NCBI GenBank assembly: GCA_950097015.1 | Contig: CATNEN010000031.1 | Coordinates: 3,162,001 to 3,226,000, forward strand | Direction: 5' to 3' | Length of the DNA: 64,000 bases | From: Macrostomum hystrix | Lineage: Eukaryota; Animalia; Platyhelminthes | In this document: positions 1-12,971 of the stretch, in pieces | Layout of the letters: each line of letters opens with the position of its first letter | How positions within the stretch are numbered: position 1 is the stretch's first letter | The notes under the pieces: generated by a model | What the model was told of the DNA's origin: nothing | The model's input: only the letters and a program-made list of their open reading frames with translations | Databases searched by the model: none | Program-made: the position numbers and the translations under genes

Positions 1-826
1 AAGTATATATACATATATATACGCTAGCAACTAGAAAGACAATCCACACCTAGGCCTGATGCACTTAGTCCAATATTTGCCCGCCTGGTTCTGAAGCTGC
101 AATTTGAGACAGGAAAAGGGAAATAAACGAAGAAGTTGGATTAGATTAGAAAAAAATCTGGAGAAATAAAAGTGCGCCAGATGCGGAGAGGGGAACACGC
201 GAGCGCGCCACACATTCGGACAAACTAATAAATAAGTCCTTGGGATCCTATTCCGCTGCGTATGGTGATCAGCTGGTCGGGGCAGCGGTGAGTCCTCTCT
301 ATACGGGGCGCGCAGATGGAGTGTGACATCAAATAGATAAAACTGGACACCCTTCCGATTGGGGTAAGTGAAGAGGAAAGAGAGAGAGGGGCGAGGAGAA
401 GGGGAAGTGTCAGCTCCCAGGGATTGGACCTCTGCACGCTCGCTCTTTCCCACCCACCCCCGCCCCTGCGGTGCAGCAGCGCAAGTTGAGGCGGCCGCGG
501 GAGGAAAGCCAAGCAAAGCCACTCGCGCCAGGGTCTTTTGTGGGGGCCCGGGCTTTGGACAGACAGGAAAAGGCCCCCGGCCGGAGAGGAAATATGAGAG
601 AAAGAGTGAGAGAGGAACGGAGGGTGGGGGAGAGAGCTGCGACTGGGAGGTGGCAGCGTTGGAGGATCATAATTTAAGTCCCAACATCGCTCCCAAACAC
701 CTAGGAAGGATCGTTCGACTTTTTACTTCTACCCAAACCCGGAAAATTTCTGCTTCCACATTTTTTGCCCGGGAGAAAAAAATCCCTTTCGAAAAAAGCG
801 CCGGTGGCCACCTGGTAGGTCGGCGA

Positions 827-986
827 ATGAAAACTGCAGCCGCAGCGGTGGCCGCAGCCGCAGCCGCAGCCGCCACCTCGGCGGCAGTAGGCGGGGATTC
901 AGCAACAACTGGCGGCGGCAACAGCGACGGAGACCACAACCGGCACAGAAAGTACTCGGTGGTTGATCCTCAGACTGATCTCATCA
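827..986 (+). CDS. Candidate alternative first coding exon of the stomatin gene (MKTAAAAVAAAAAAAATS...RHRKYSVVDPQTDLI)
   Basis: ATG at 827, open for 53 codons plus 1 nt, then donor A|GTGAGT at 987. Phase 1 matches the acceptor at 24053. Splicing is inferred. Confidence 0.4.
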
Positions 987-1588
987 GTGAGTACAGCTCG
1001 ATTCCGCTGTGAGGCCACAACCCCCAACTTCCAATTGAGAGTGTGGTCAGGAGTCAGCGGAATGGGCAGAGTCGCCTACTCTCTATGGTCTTTTGAAATG
1101 GTTAAAATGGTCTTTTAGCAATGTCAATCAATTAACAGAGGTTTGAGGCTTCAAGAGCAGCGGAAAACGATAGATTTTTTTAATCCTTAATCCCTATGAG
1201 TCGCTGTGTGCCTGAGCAGTGTGCCGAGGCGGGGGCCCGCGTTTGCTGAGTCCAACTTCTCCATCCTCTGTTCTCTCACTCCCCGCTCCGGACTGCTTTG
1301 CATAATAGATGCCTCCCAGAACCCCATATATAGTGGCCAATTCGTGTTCGCTCAGTTCGTTTGGTGTAGACTGAGGCAGTTGTTTTGGGGTAGAGAGGGG
1401 GTAGAAAATTCGGGATCTACCCCTTCTGCCCCCGTACCTCTAATCTCTGGGGAATGTCTAGTGTCGGGCTGGTGTGGATTAAAAGCCGTGCATTATTCAG
1501 CGGTTCTAAAGCTCTGGGTGTGTCGGGGGCTCGAATCTGTAGCAGCCCAAGCAAAATATTGACGACCGAAATATATATATATAATAAT

Positions 1589-2566
1589 ATGGATTGCTAA
1601 TCTATCTAGTTAGATTTACATGAAGGAATAGAATGGATTGCTAATCTATCTAGTTAGATTTACATGAAGGAATAGAATGGATTGCTAATCTATCTAGTTA
1701 GATTCACATGAAGGAATAGAATGGATTGCTATTCTATCTAGTTAGATTCACATGAAGGAATAGAATGGATTGCTAATCTATCTAGTTAGATTTACATGAA
1801 GGAATAGAATGGATTGCTAGAATGGATTGCTAATCTATCTAGTTAGATTTACATGAAGGAATAGAATGGATTGCTAATCTATCTAGTTAGATTTACATGA
1901 AGGAATAGAATGGATAGCTAATCTATCTAGTTAGATTTACATGAAGGAATAGAATGGATTGCTAATCTATCTAGTTAGATTTACATGAAGGAATAGAATG
2001 GATTGCTAATCTATCTAGTTAGATTTACATGAAGGAATAGAATGGATTGCTAATCTATCTAGTTAGATTTACATGAAGGAATAGAATGGATTGCTATTCT
2101 ATCTAGTTAGATTTACATGAAGGAATAGAATGGATTGCTATTCTATCTAGTTAGATTTACATGAAGGAATAGAATGGATTGCTATTCTATCTAGTTAGAT
2201 TCACATGAAGGAATAGAATGGATTGCTAATCTATCTAGTTAGATTTAGATGAAGGAATAGAATGGATTGCTAGAATGGATTGCTAATCTATCTAGTTAGA
2301 TTTACATGAAGGAATAGAATGGATTGCTAATCTATCTAGTTAGACTTACATGAAGGAATAGAATGGATTGCTAATCTATCTAGTTAGATTTAGATGAAGG
2401 AATAGAATGGATTGCTAGAATGGATTGCTAATCTATCTAGTTAGATTTACATGAAGGAATAGAATGGATTGCTAATCTATCTAGTTAGACTTACATGAAG
2501 GAATAGAATGGATTGCTAATCTATCTAGTTAGACTTACATGAAGGAATAGAATGGATTGCTAATCT
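1589..2566. repeat. 44-bp minisatellite (ATGGATTGCTAATCTATCTAGTTAGATTTACATGAAGGAATAGA), about 22 copies
   Basis: Direct inspection. Confidence 0.97.
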
Positions 2567-3124
2567 AGTCTGTTTCATAAACAATGTGTTTTGCTAAAAG
2601 TGCATTCCCAATGAATCTAAAAGTTCCACCCAAATTGCAAAGTGACAACTGGCGTGCACAACTGTCGGCTATGGGGAATTATTGACAACGGATTATTCCC
2701 TAATTTTTTCCCGTCAGCAGTAGCGGTGATGGTAGAGGCTATAAGCCTCCGGTCCTTATTGTCACGTCGAGTTCTCAACGGGCACTCGGACCTGTCACAA
2801 AGCACCTGCTTTTCATCAATTGAGTCACTCTCAGGCCCTGCTCACTGGAGTGGCCAATGCCTAATGCCTGCCTGCGTGAGACCATGGAAGGACAGGATAT
2901 GCTTGTGTGGTTGTGAGGGAGTTTTTAAACTAGCCGAACAATAGTAGGAGTGCGTGCTGCTGCTGCTGTTGCTGTTTCTTCAGTAGGTTGTAGAAAAATC
3001 TATCAAAAACTTTGCCTTTTCAATCTTATCAGTTATTCTTAACTTCTTCTAAAGAGTGATTTAGCATGTGATTTAAAGGTAGCAAGACAACATTGAGGAG
3101 TTGAAAAAAGGAATTGAAAATTGA

Positions 3125-3900
3125 AAAGGGGATCAAAGTCAAGGAACTGAAGATCAAAGTCAAGGAAAAGGGGATCAAAGTCAAGGAAGGGGATCTAAGT
3201 CAAGGAACTGAAGATCAAAGACAAGGAACTGAGGATAAAAGTCAAGGAACTGAGGACCAAAGTCAAGGAACTGAGGACCAAAGTCAAGGAACTGAGGATC
3301 AAAGTCAAGGAACTGAGGATCAAAGTCAAGGAAAAGGGGATCAAAGTCAAGGAGCTGAGGATCAAAGTCAAAGAACTGAGGATCAAAGTCAAAGAACTGA
3401 GGACCAAAGTCAAGGAGCTGAGGATCAAAGTCAAAGAACTGAGGATCAAAGTCAAGGAACTGAGGATCAAAGTCAAGGAAAAGGGGATCAAAGTCAAGGA
3501 GCTGAGGATCAAAGTCAAAGAACTGAGGATCAAAGTCAAGGAACTGAGGATCAAAGTCAAGGAAAAGGGGATCAAAGTCAAGGAGCTGAGGATCAAAGTC
3601 AAAGAACTGAGGATCAAAGTCAAAGAACTGAGGACCAAAGTCAAGGAGCTGAGGATCAAAGTCAAAGAACTGAGGATCAAAGTCAAGGAACTGAGGATCA
3701 AAGTCAAGGAAAAGGGGATCAAAGTCAAGGAGCTGAGGATCAAAGTCAAAGAACTGAGGATCAAAGTCAAAGAACTGAGGATCAAGATAAGGGACAAGGG
3801 ACAAGGGATCGTGGATTAGGGACAAGTAAATCAAAGATTAGAGATAATGGATCAAGGATTAGAGATAAGGGATCAAGGATTAGGGACAGGGGATCTGGGA
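3125..3900. repeat. 21-bp minisatellite (GAGGATCAAAGTCAAGGAACT) with a higher-order variant pattern and degenerate right edge
   Basis: Direct inspection. Confidence 0.95.
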
Positions 3901-4227
3901 TCAATCATATGGAACAAAGTTTTAAGTGCTTCAGCTATCACTCTCCACGCCATGTATTTTAACAATGAATACTGCGCGACCATTGAACAATTTTCCTTCG
4001 AAACGAAATGTTGGATATTTCCTTCGTTAAGACGGCCCGATTCCCTTTATTTTCTCTCTCCCTAACTGGAAGCAGCAGAAAGTGTATCACTTCTTCTCTG
4101 AGGCGAAGCGAAGGCGTCTGATATGCCACCAGTTAGGCCGCGCAAGTTTTTGGCACAAGTCTGCAAGGATAGAAAGGAAAGCTTTTCTACCTCGCAAGCA
4201 ACAGCAGCAGCAGCAGCAGCCTCTCAG

Positions 4228-4267
4228 ATGCCCAGAAAATCCTCCAGACCAGTGGATACGGGCGCCA
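4228..4267 (+). CDS. Weak candidate alternative first exon of the stomatin gene (MPRKSSRPVDTGA)
   Basis: ATG at 4228, 13 codons plus 1 nt, donor A|GTAAAT. Short and could be chance. Confidence 0.2.
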
Positions 4268-5448
4268 GTAAATCAGATTGTGGGGGTTGATAAACGAAAA
4301 AAAACAGTTTAAGCAGAGAAGGATGGGGAGCGAGTCTAGCAGCATGACGAGCGGGTTTTGCTTGAACAGATTTCGGTATAAGCTAGGCGGCGTTGTGTTT
4401 ATACAATTTTCTTCAGATTTGATCTCGCCTATGCATCAGCCAGCATATAATGCTAGTCAGGTGGTCACTATGCAATATTTTTCTCATTCTCATATCTCTT
4501 CTACTCTATAATGGCTTCTGTTTATTGTCCGCCAGCCACGCGGAGCACAGCTCAAACCGTTGCGACTTCTCCTTCCATTTCCTAACCTCTCCGAAGCCTT
4601 GCTCGATCTGGGGATGGGGTGGGGCCACGACACACGCGCCGTTCTCGCATAATTTTGATCGATTCCCGACTCTCCGCGTCCTTTTCCCCGTCTCTCTCTC
4701 TCTCTCTCTCTCTCTCTAAAGAATTGATTTTTCCTTCTAAGGAGAAGCAGAGTATTGCGGGGTAACAATTAGTCCATCTCTGCTTCCTCTAGTCATTGGC
4801 CAAGGCGGCTTGCTAACGGCTTTGATAAGTTCGCCGACACAGCCATAGCCGAGCTATATTGATTTGCACTTGATCAGATCATCGGCGACAGCAGCAGCAG
4901 CAGGTGCCGAAAGCTGCACATTAAGTGACATGAAGAGCTTGAGAAGTGCTCGCAGCACTGTGTCAAGCTGTGAGGCGCTATGAGCAGGGCTTACTCATTT
5001 CGAGAACTGGCTCTAAAGTGGAATACTGACAAATCGGATGCCGATTCGGCTTCTCCATGTTAATCCGAGGAAATGGACTCGAAAACTCTAGATGCAATGT
5101 AGGGAAAAGTTGAAATGAAGAGGAGAATGAATATTAATGATATTTAAGAGAGATGAGAGAGATCAGAGATGAGAGAGACGAGATGGGGTATTGCTTATCA
5201 CAAGAAAAATAAGTGAATAGTAATATAATTAAGAGTCGGGCGTATGGGCTACTAGGGTGGGATGGGAATTGGAAATTTAAGTCTGAAAGAACGCAGAAAA
5301 ATGATTTAACAGTGCTGAGATAACAGAACTGCTGCGAGTTGAGAAATTTGTGAGTTGGAATATTTCTAGAGGCCCGGGATCTGGATTATCAGATGCCGAT
5401 AAGTTCCCAGCCAAATACTTATTCATTTATTATATCTCTTAGGGATAA

Positions 5449-5602
5449 ATGCTAGCGGATTATTCTAGGGATAAAGCCGAACGCTGGCAGTTGGCAGTCG
5501 GCGATTGTTTTGAAACGATGGCGAGCACTAACGGGTGGATGCCGCTACCAGGAATACTTTTCCGCGAAAAGTGTCCAGTTACACTGAAGCCGGACTACCA
5601 GA
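5449..5602 (+). CDS. Candidate alternative first exon of the stomatin gene (...MASTNGWMPLPGILFREKCPVTLKPDYQ)
   Basis: ATG at 5449 (a second in-frame ATG follows), 51 codons plus 1 nt, strong donor A|GTAAGG at 5603, phase 1. Confidence 0.33.
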
Positions 5603-5954
5603 GTAAGGGAGATACGAGTCAGCCGAAATATCCTCTCTGCCGCCTCTTGGGAAAAGCAAACTTGGCTCAACCCAATGCCAAGCGCAAAACAGAGGCTTTG
5701 GCGGTAAGCTAGAGTTGGTATTTGAGCAATAATTACGGCCGATCTAAGTGTAAGTTGGACGAAGTCGGGCGAAATACAAATTGTTGCATTTATAATTTTT
5801 TTTTAATCCCAGACTTGAAACTGCTCAAATAGGAAATATTTTCGATAGAAATCAATAGGTTCTGAAATCCCAAGATGGGAATTCCTTGGATTGGGAATTC
5901 CTTAGATTTTAAAGTCCTTTATATTTAAAAAGGACCTCGATAGATGTCCGGCTT

Positions 5955-6255
5955 GGTAAATCCCAAGGTCTGTAAATCCGAAGGTCGGTAAATCCCAAGG
6001 TCGGTAAATCTCAAGGTCGGTAAATCCCAAGGTCGGTAAATCTCAAGGTCGGTAAATCTCAAGGTCGGAAAATCCCAAGGTCGGTGAATCCCAAGGTCGG
6101 TAAATCCCAAGGTCGGTATATCTCAAGGTCGGTAAATCTCAAGGTCGGTAAATCCCAAGGTCGGTAAATCCCAAGGTCGGTAAATCCCAACGTCGGTAAA
6201 TCCCAAGGTCGGTAAATCCCAAGGTCGGTAAATCTCAAGGTTGGTAAATCCCAAT
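5955..6255. repeat. 16-bp minisatellite (AAATCCCAAGGTCGGT)
   Basis: Direct inspection. Confidence 0.95.
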
Positions 6256-7164
6256 CTCGTGAAATCTAAATTTCGGGATTTTTTAGCATCAAGCTTGAGA
6301 AATTCCTAAATTGGGAAATGCTTAGGATAGGGCAGTCCTAAGGTAGGAATTCCCGTGATTTTCAAATTCCTGGATCCACATTTTTCGCCCATTAATCGTT
6401 GAATATCTCGACGATGCTGATGTTTTGTGATTCTGCAATTGTTATTTCATAATCTAAAGTACAAAAGCGAGGTGGAGCTGGTAGTTGGACATTTTGCGAT
6501 ATCCGGTCGCAATGGGTTCTAGCCAAAGGAAGGCGGGGAGATCCATTCGCGGAAAATCCCAGCAGAATTTCACATTCCTTATATCCAGTGTTCTATTTTC
6601 TCTGCTTTTACTGGCAAGCAATCGCGGCGGAGTCCCGTGGGTCCGGGTCCCCCCTACCCCAGCCTCTCTATCTTTATCCCTTTTCTCTTGCTTAACTGCG
6701 TCTCTCGAGCTTGGCGCAGGGGGAATAAAATAAGATTTTTCTAGAGGAATGAGCAGTCAGTCACGAGAAATTGGCTTAGAGAGATGAGAGAGACTTAAGC
6801 ACAGGCAGGCGGGGTGGAATTTGGATGCAGAAGGGACATGGAAATAGGGAGGCCGAGACCCCCCGCTGGGCCCAAGCTTGACAGGTCCCGGACCGGCAGC
6901 ACAAACCCTCAGTCTGCGGCAATCCGTGCGGGGGGAGGGTAACAACTGCCGCTTCTGTAATTGAGCTTCGACCGGCGAGTGCATTAGCGGAGTAGCCGAG
7001 AGTGATCAGGTCCTCATAAACATCGAGCACTCCCTAGAGTACCGAGGAGTCTTTGTTATAGCCGAGGAGTTTTATTATCGGCGAATAAGAGCTACAAGTA
7101 ATGTTAACCTACTAAATCATGTGGGATGTTTAGAAAATCGATGATTCCCCAGGGTAGGAAGTCC

Positions 7165-7320
7165 CAAGGGTTCCCTACTTGGGGAAATCCCTACTTGGAG
7201 AATCCCTACTTGGGGAATCCCTACTTGGGGAAATCCCTACTTGGAAAATCCCTACTTGGAGAATACCTACTTGGGGAATCCCTACTTGGGGAAATACCTA
7301 ATTGGGGAAATCCCTACTAG
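7165..7320. repeat. 15-bp minisatellite (AATCCCTACTTGGGG)
   Basis: Direct inspection. Confidence 0.93.
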
Positions 7321-8172
7321 GGTAAATTCCCTTTTTGGTAAATTTACTTCTTGAGGAAAATTTATTCAGAAAATCACTTTTCGGAGATTTCTATTGGTCG
7401 AAAAATCTATAAAATAAGGAATCCTGAGAAGAGTAAATTTTAGGAAAATTCCGAGCTGGGGAAATTCCCATCCAGGTCTGAAGTCTCCTATGCAGGAAAT
7501 ATTTTTCCTATAAAGCTCATTCGAAACTGGGTGAGGATAATCCAAAGTTTAGGAAATTCCTAGTGTGGGAAGTCGTGTGGTTGGGAAAAAAGCCATTGTG
7601 AAAAATGCCTACTTTTTGTTCTTTTTATTCTTCAGTAAGAATCAGTTCATTCATCAATTTTGAACTAATTTCTACGAAGATTCCCATCCAATATTCAGCA
7701 GCAAAATTAGATCTTACAATTATGTCCTTTTCAAATACACGAGTACTTCATAGATAGATAGTCAATATAAAAATTGCATCAATCAGTTTAATGATCAGTG
7801 CATCGGAGTAAGGAGATGGAAGTCACTGGCTAAATCTCAGCCTTTTTCATTAATAAGTTTTATCTATTTTATATTGTAAAGTTTACCGAGCTTATTTATA
7901 GATTATATAGGAGAGACAGCTAATCCAATACAGCAGGTCCTGAGTTCGAATCTGTAGCGAGTTCCTTCTAGATTCCCGATAAACTTCTAGTACGAGTAGC
8001 TTTGCTAGCACTTGGAAATTTCCAAATGACCGAAAAATGCACTTATTGCATAGTTTTATACCTAAATTGGGGAACGAAGAGAGGAGGTGGGTGGCTAGGG
8101 AAGTTCATAACGGACACTCTATAAGTCTCCGTTTGTGATCCCATCGCGGTTGCCCCTGGAACAGCACCCACC

Positions 8173-8275
8173 ATGGATCTGCTAAACACAATAAGCAAGG
8201 CTGATGCTGCTGCTGCTGCTGCTGCTGCTTGGCCCTCTTACCCCTGTCCGTCATTTAGTTTTGAGCGCCGGGCAG
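8173..8275 (+). CDS. Weak candidate alternative first exon with GC donor (MDLLNTISKADAAAAAAAAWPSYPCPSFSFERRA)
   Basis: ATG at 8173, 34 codons plus 1 nt, then AG|GCAAGT, the consensus GC-AG donor, in phase 1. Confidence 0.2.
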
Positions 8276-11110
8276 GCAAGTGTCAGCTGCTTCTGGGCCA
8301 TCTTTCGCATTGTCTAATTTCTGTCTATGTGTCTATCGTCTCTCATGAACTGCAAGACACTTAGGCTGGAATCAAACTTGACCAAAACCAACAGTCGCAA
8401 ATGTGGAGTTCTAGAGGACAGTAACATGAAAGATTTTCAAGTGGAGAGAAGATTGTACAGTGGCTACGGTGTTTAAAGAAGCAAGCCCAAATAATCCTTT
8501 GAAAGATGTCTCGAAATATACGACTAACCAATATTTAAGAACAAACTTCAGTAGTATCACATGGTCAGTGATTTCTAAATATAAGAAAATATGTTTGAAA
8601 AGTTTTCTCGCGACATTACTACTAGCTATGTTGAAGAGCAAATCTTAAGTAGTATAGACATGTTGATTGTCTGCTAAAAAATAGAAGCATGCGTTCGTGA
8701 CATACTACTAGCTGCGCTGAGAGCAAATCTGAGTAGTAACACCAGGTTGATTGTCAGCAAAATTATATATATTGACTTTTGTTCGTGACATACTACTAGC
8801 TATGCTGAAAGCAAATCTTAATAGTATCGTCTGGTTAATGACATATAAGTTTAGGAAATAGAAAATTAGCCATGTAAAGAGGTCTCAGAGCGAGTGAAGA
8901 CGACTAGGATAGAGAGGGAAGCAGAGAGGAAAAGCAGGAAGAATTCACAGTTCACCGGGTCCGGTTTCCTTGAGTTCAGGTCCATTGGGGGGCGAAAACT
9001 AGACAACCTGACCAAACCCATAAGAGCGGGGGTTCGTGTGAGCAGCTATGCGTGAGCAGTTACAGCAAAAGTTGGGAAGCAAAAGAGGAAGCTGCATATT
9101 TCCTCTATGTAGCACTGACCAGACCAAAGACTGAAGTGGAAGCGAGAGAATATAAGGCTTGAAGTGAGTGCAGAGGAGATTTCCCCTTCTTAAAAAAGAG
9201 AGAAGAAGAGGGACAGGCAGAGGAGAGAAGAGAAAGAGAAGTTTTTGGCCGCAGCGTGAGCATGAAGTGGATCTTTTCTTATTTCTGTTGCACAATTTTC
9301 CGCTTAACGGAGGGACTTGTAACTCTCTTTTCTCTCCCACTGCCTAGCGGCCCTTCTGTTTGTGAGTGTCCCTCTTAGCGGCTTGCACCCGGTCTATTCC
9401 TCTGGGGGTTGTGGGGGCCTGCCTTCAGCAGTGCGTCTCGTTGATGTAGTCCTTGCTTCGCTCATTCGTTTAGTCCTGCTGGACCTTCCAGCTTCCGTCC
9501 TCATCTGCATGTGGTTGTTCTTTTTCTATCCCTTCCCATATGAGCTAATACTAGCGTATATCCCCAGAACTTATCCCATTTCGCCGTTCGCTTTGAAGCT
9601 CTGCATGGAGCTTTATCTTGGGGCGGCGGATAAAGCCTGCGACACCCAGCATTGGACATTGGGCGCCAAGGGACGCAATCTCTGCTAATCCTTCTTCCTT
9701 TCCTCTCTCTCTTTCACTCGCTTCATTCCGCCTCTTTGAAGAAAAAAAATTGTGGCTACCCCCCAAGTCCCAGTCTCGCCCTCGCCGTCTAGCGCAGGAC
9801 TGGGGCCGGGGCGGGTTGCAATTAAAGATGGCTTGGTTCTGAGCTGTCGCCAGCTGCACCCCCCTCCTGAGCACGCAAGATACATCTGAATGTGAATCGA
9901 TAAATTACTGGCAGGGCTCCTCGCATCTTTGAGCTAGAAAACACCTGAATATTATTTTACAGAACGCAAAAAGGCATCTGGGAATTTTTTCTGTGATTTC
10001 TGATCAACAATCCTCTTATTCAGATTTTCTCCGTGGTATTCTTGACCTAGCAGCGCCTATGGCTCTTCATATCCCCCTATAGATAGTCCCAACCTCCATG
10101 TGCTCCTGATAGGGAAGAAAGTGATTTTATCCTCTCGTTTCCCCTATACCGTCGTCGACCCATCTTCGGGCGAGGATAGCAGCAAGCGATAACGGGGGGA
10201 GAATTCGAAAGCCCCTCAGGGCTTAATATCCTGCCGAGCTGGTCGGCTTAATAATCCCGGCCTGGGGTTGGGGATTAACACAGCAGCCCAGAGACATAGG
10301 ATAAAAGAGATCTAACCTGAGTCTTAGCCTACCTAGCCTCTCCAAGGCCGAGTACACGCCACAGGAACTCTTCTTCTCTATGGGCCAGTTGGCATTGGCA
10401 ACTGCGGCCAACAATGAGCTGCTTTCACTCCGGCCTCGCCGAGGCATGCAATCATTTCCCTTGCACGCCAAGACCGTGTCTCCAAGCTGCGGGGATGTGT
10501 CTCCCTCTGCCCCTTCCTCCCCCAAGGCACTGACAGAACACGGGGGGCGGCCAGCGGGTGTGTGACAGACAGGGGGTCTCGGCTGGATGATGATTTTGGA
10601 AGCGGCGGAGATAGTGGACAGGCTGATGATGGAAGGGATGAAGATGAGCTGCTGGGACATGCTCTGGGCTGGGAGACGATGAGCCTGGGAGAGCGGGGGC
10701 GGAGGTAGCATACAATTATTTCTCCTCTTTGCACTGGGTGCCCCAAAACCCTCCTTGGCCCCGCTGCCAGTCCCGGAGTGCCAGCACCAGCCGCTCCCTT
10801 CACTAAATCAGTCGCTGGCTCAGCTCTGCCGGGTGAGATGGATAGTACTCAGTCCACCGCCACCTCAATGCAGCCACCCCCAACCCCCGACTCTCTTCCT
10901 TTCAGCGCCAACACTCTTGCTTCTCGTCCCCAATTCCCGGTTCCCACAAAAAAAAGATTTCCCCCAGAGTCCAGGTGGAGGGGAGGGCTAGGCAGGCGAG
11001 TTGCCAGCGAATGAGGCCAAGAAGGGAAAGAAAATAGTCGGGTTGGGGGGGTTGGCAGGCGAAAGCTATAGATAGGGGCTGCCGTGTTAGCCAGCACAGG
11101 GCAGGCCGTG

Positions 11111-11249
11111 ATGAGCGGTGGCAGCAACATCAACAAGGTGACACCAGAGGTAGCCATTGAGCACTACTCAGGCGAGGGACCATCGGCAGGCATGGCCGAA
11201 AGCTTGGGCGCGGCATCTGCGACCCCAATGAAGCCAGGATACCATGTCG
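11111..11249 (+). CDS. Candidate alternative first exon of the stomatin gene (MSGGSNINKVTPEVAIEHYSGEGPSAGMAESLGAASATPMKPGYHV)
   Basis: ATG at 11111, 46 codons plus 1 nt, strong donor G|GTAAGA at 11250, phase 1. The sequence has a coding-like composition and a minisatellite starts about 43 nt after the donor. Confidence 0.5.
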
Positions 11250-11292
11250 GTAAGACAAGCTTTCCGTCGGAGCACTTCAATACAACATATTG

Positions 11293-12080
11293 CAGATCCC
11301 CGATATTCCAGATCCCCAATATTCCAGATACCCAGTATTCCAGATCCCCATTATTCCAGATCCCCGATATTCCAGATCCCCAATATTCCAGATCCCCATT
11401 ATTCCAGATCCCCATTATTCCAGATCCCCATTATTCCAGATCCCGATTATTCCAGATCCCCGATATTCCAGATCCCCAATATTCCAGATCCCCGATACTC
11501 CAGATCCCCAATATTCCAGATCCCCATTATTCCAGATCCCCATTATTCCAGATCCCCGATATTCCAGATCCCCGATATTCCAGATCCCCAATATTCCAGA
11601 TCCCCAATATTCCAGATCCCCAATATTCCAGATCCCCAATATTCCAGATCCCGATTATTCCAGATCCCCAATATTCCAGATCCCCATTATTCCAGATCCC
11701 CGATATCCAGATCCCCAATATTCTAGATCCCCATTATTCCAGATCCCGATTATTCCAGATCCCCGATATTCCAGATCCCCAATATTCCAGATCCCCAATA
11801 TTCCAGATCCCCAATATTCCAGATCCCCAATATTCCAGATCCCCAATATTCCAGATCCCCAGTATTCCAGATCCCCATTATTCCAGATCCAGATTATTCC
11901 AGATCCCCAATATTCCAGATCCCCAATATTCCAGATCCCCAATATTCCAAGTCCCCAATCTGCCAGATCCCCAATATTCTAAACCTGCAATATTCCAAGT
12001 CCTCAATGTTCCAAGTCCCCATTATTCCAGATCCCCAATATTCTAAACCTGCAATATTCCAAGTCCCCAATCTTCCAATA
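11293..12080 (+). repeat. 16-bp minisatellite (CCAGATCCCCAATATT), left arm of an inverted pair
   Basis: Direct inspection; reverse complement of the array at 12972-14070. Confidence 0.97.
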
Positions 12081-12361
12081 TGAAAATATTCCAATATTTA
12101 AATATCCCACTTTACTAATCTACCCGACTCCGCATGGGCCAGGCTGTGAAGCACCAGCTCCCCCACTCCCCAATGGCCTGGTGTTTGCATCATAAACTGA
12201 CGGCCCACCAGTCGTGGCATGCATTAATTTAGCTTCTCACTGCATCGGTACCAGGAGTATGAAAAATATGTAAAATAAATTTTAATTACCAATTCAGGAG
12301 AAAAACATTATAGCCCCGATACGCCGCCGCGCTTGAGCAAAGCGCAATAGGAACTCACCGC

Positions 12362-12375
12362 ATTGCCATGGCAAC
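12362..12375. promoter_or_regulatory. Candidate RFX X-box (ATTGCCATGGCAAC)
   Basis: 13/14 match to the palindromic X-box consensus GTTGCCATGGCAAC. Function not shown. Confidence 0.4.
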
Positions 12376-12433
12376 CAATGGTGGGCGTTTGCGAAGATGC
12401 GGGGCCCGCTGGATGGGAACATTGTGTTCAGTC

Positions 12434-12709
12434 TTCCCCTCTCGTGAAGCAGCAGACCCTCACTGGGCGGTGTTAACGGTAGTTAACAGGAGAGGCGTTT
12501 TCCCCTCTCGTGAAGCAGCAGACCCTCACTGGGCGGTGTTAACGGTAGTTAACAGGAGAGGCGTTTTCCCCTCTCGTGAAGCAGCAGACCCTCACTGGGC
12601 GGTGTTAACGGTAGTTAACAGGAGAGGCGTTTTCCCCTCTCGTGAAGCAGCAGACCCTCACTGGGCGGTGTTAACGGTAGTTAACAGGAGTGGCGTTTTT
12701 CCTCACGAA
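12434..12709. repeat. 66-bp tandem repeat, about 4.2 near-identical copies
   Basis: Units start at 12434, 12500, 12566 and 12632. Confidence 0.97.
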
Positions 12710-12971
12710 ATCGATGCTAGTTAGTTAAAAAAGCCACGTGTGTGTTGAGAAATTGATTGCCTATGCTCAGCCTATGCTCAGCTCAGCCGATGCTTCTGTT
12801 ATTCTTGGATGCAAGTTTTCATTTTTCCTTACCATTTTATGACTCCTTGGGGAAAACTGGCTAACTAAATGAGCTCGCTTACTGCCCGGCCCATTTTTTT
12901 CGACGGCACTTGTTACATTTTGCACCGCGATCTAAGACGAGATAATTAGCTAGGTGATCTTGCAGCTCTTG

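Noticed and set aside
3114-3962. Long ORFs over the 21-bp array (282, 217 and 200 aa)
   Set aside because: The unit length is a multiple of 3 and stop-free in several frames on both strands. This is a repeat artefact with no splice or domain evidence.
7925-7960. GTTCGAA B-box-like fragments here and near 21935, 30040, 32820, 44745 and 60140 as possible tRNA genes
   Set aside because: No cloverleaf or acceptor stem; best explained as decayed SINE heads.
12434-12709. Possible CRISPR array or ribozyme array
   Set aside because: Units are contiguous with no unique spacers, the DNA is eukaryotic with no cas genes, and no complete hammerhead or HDV core was found.
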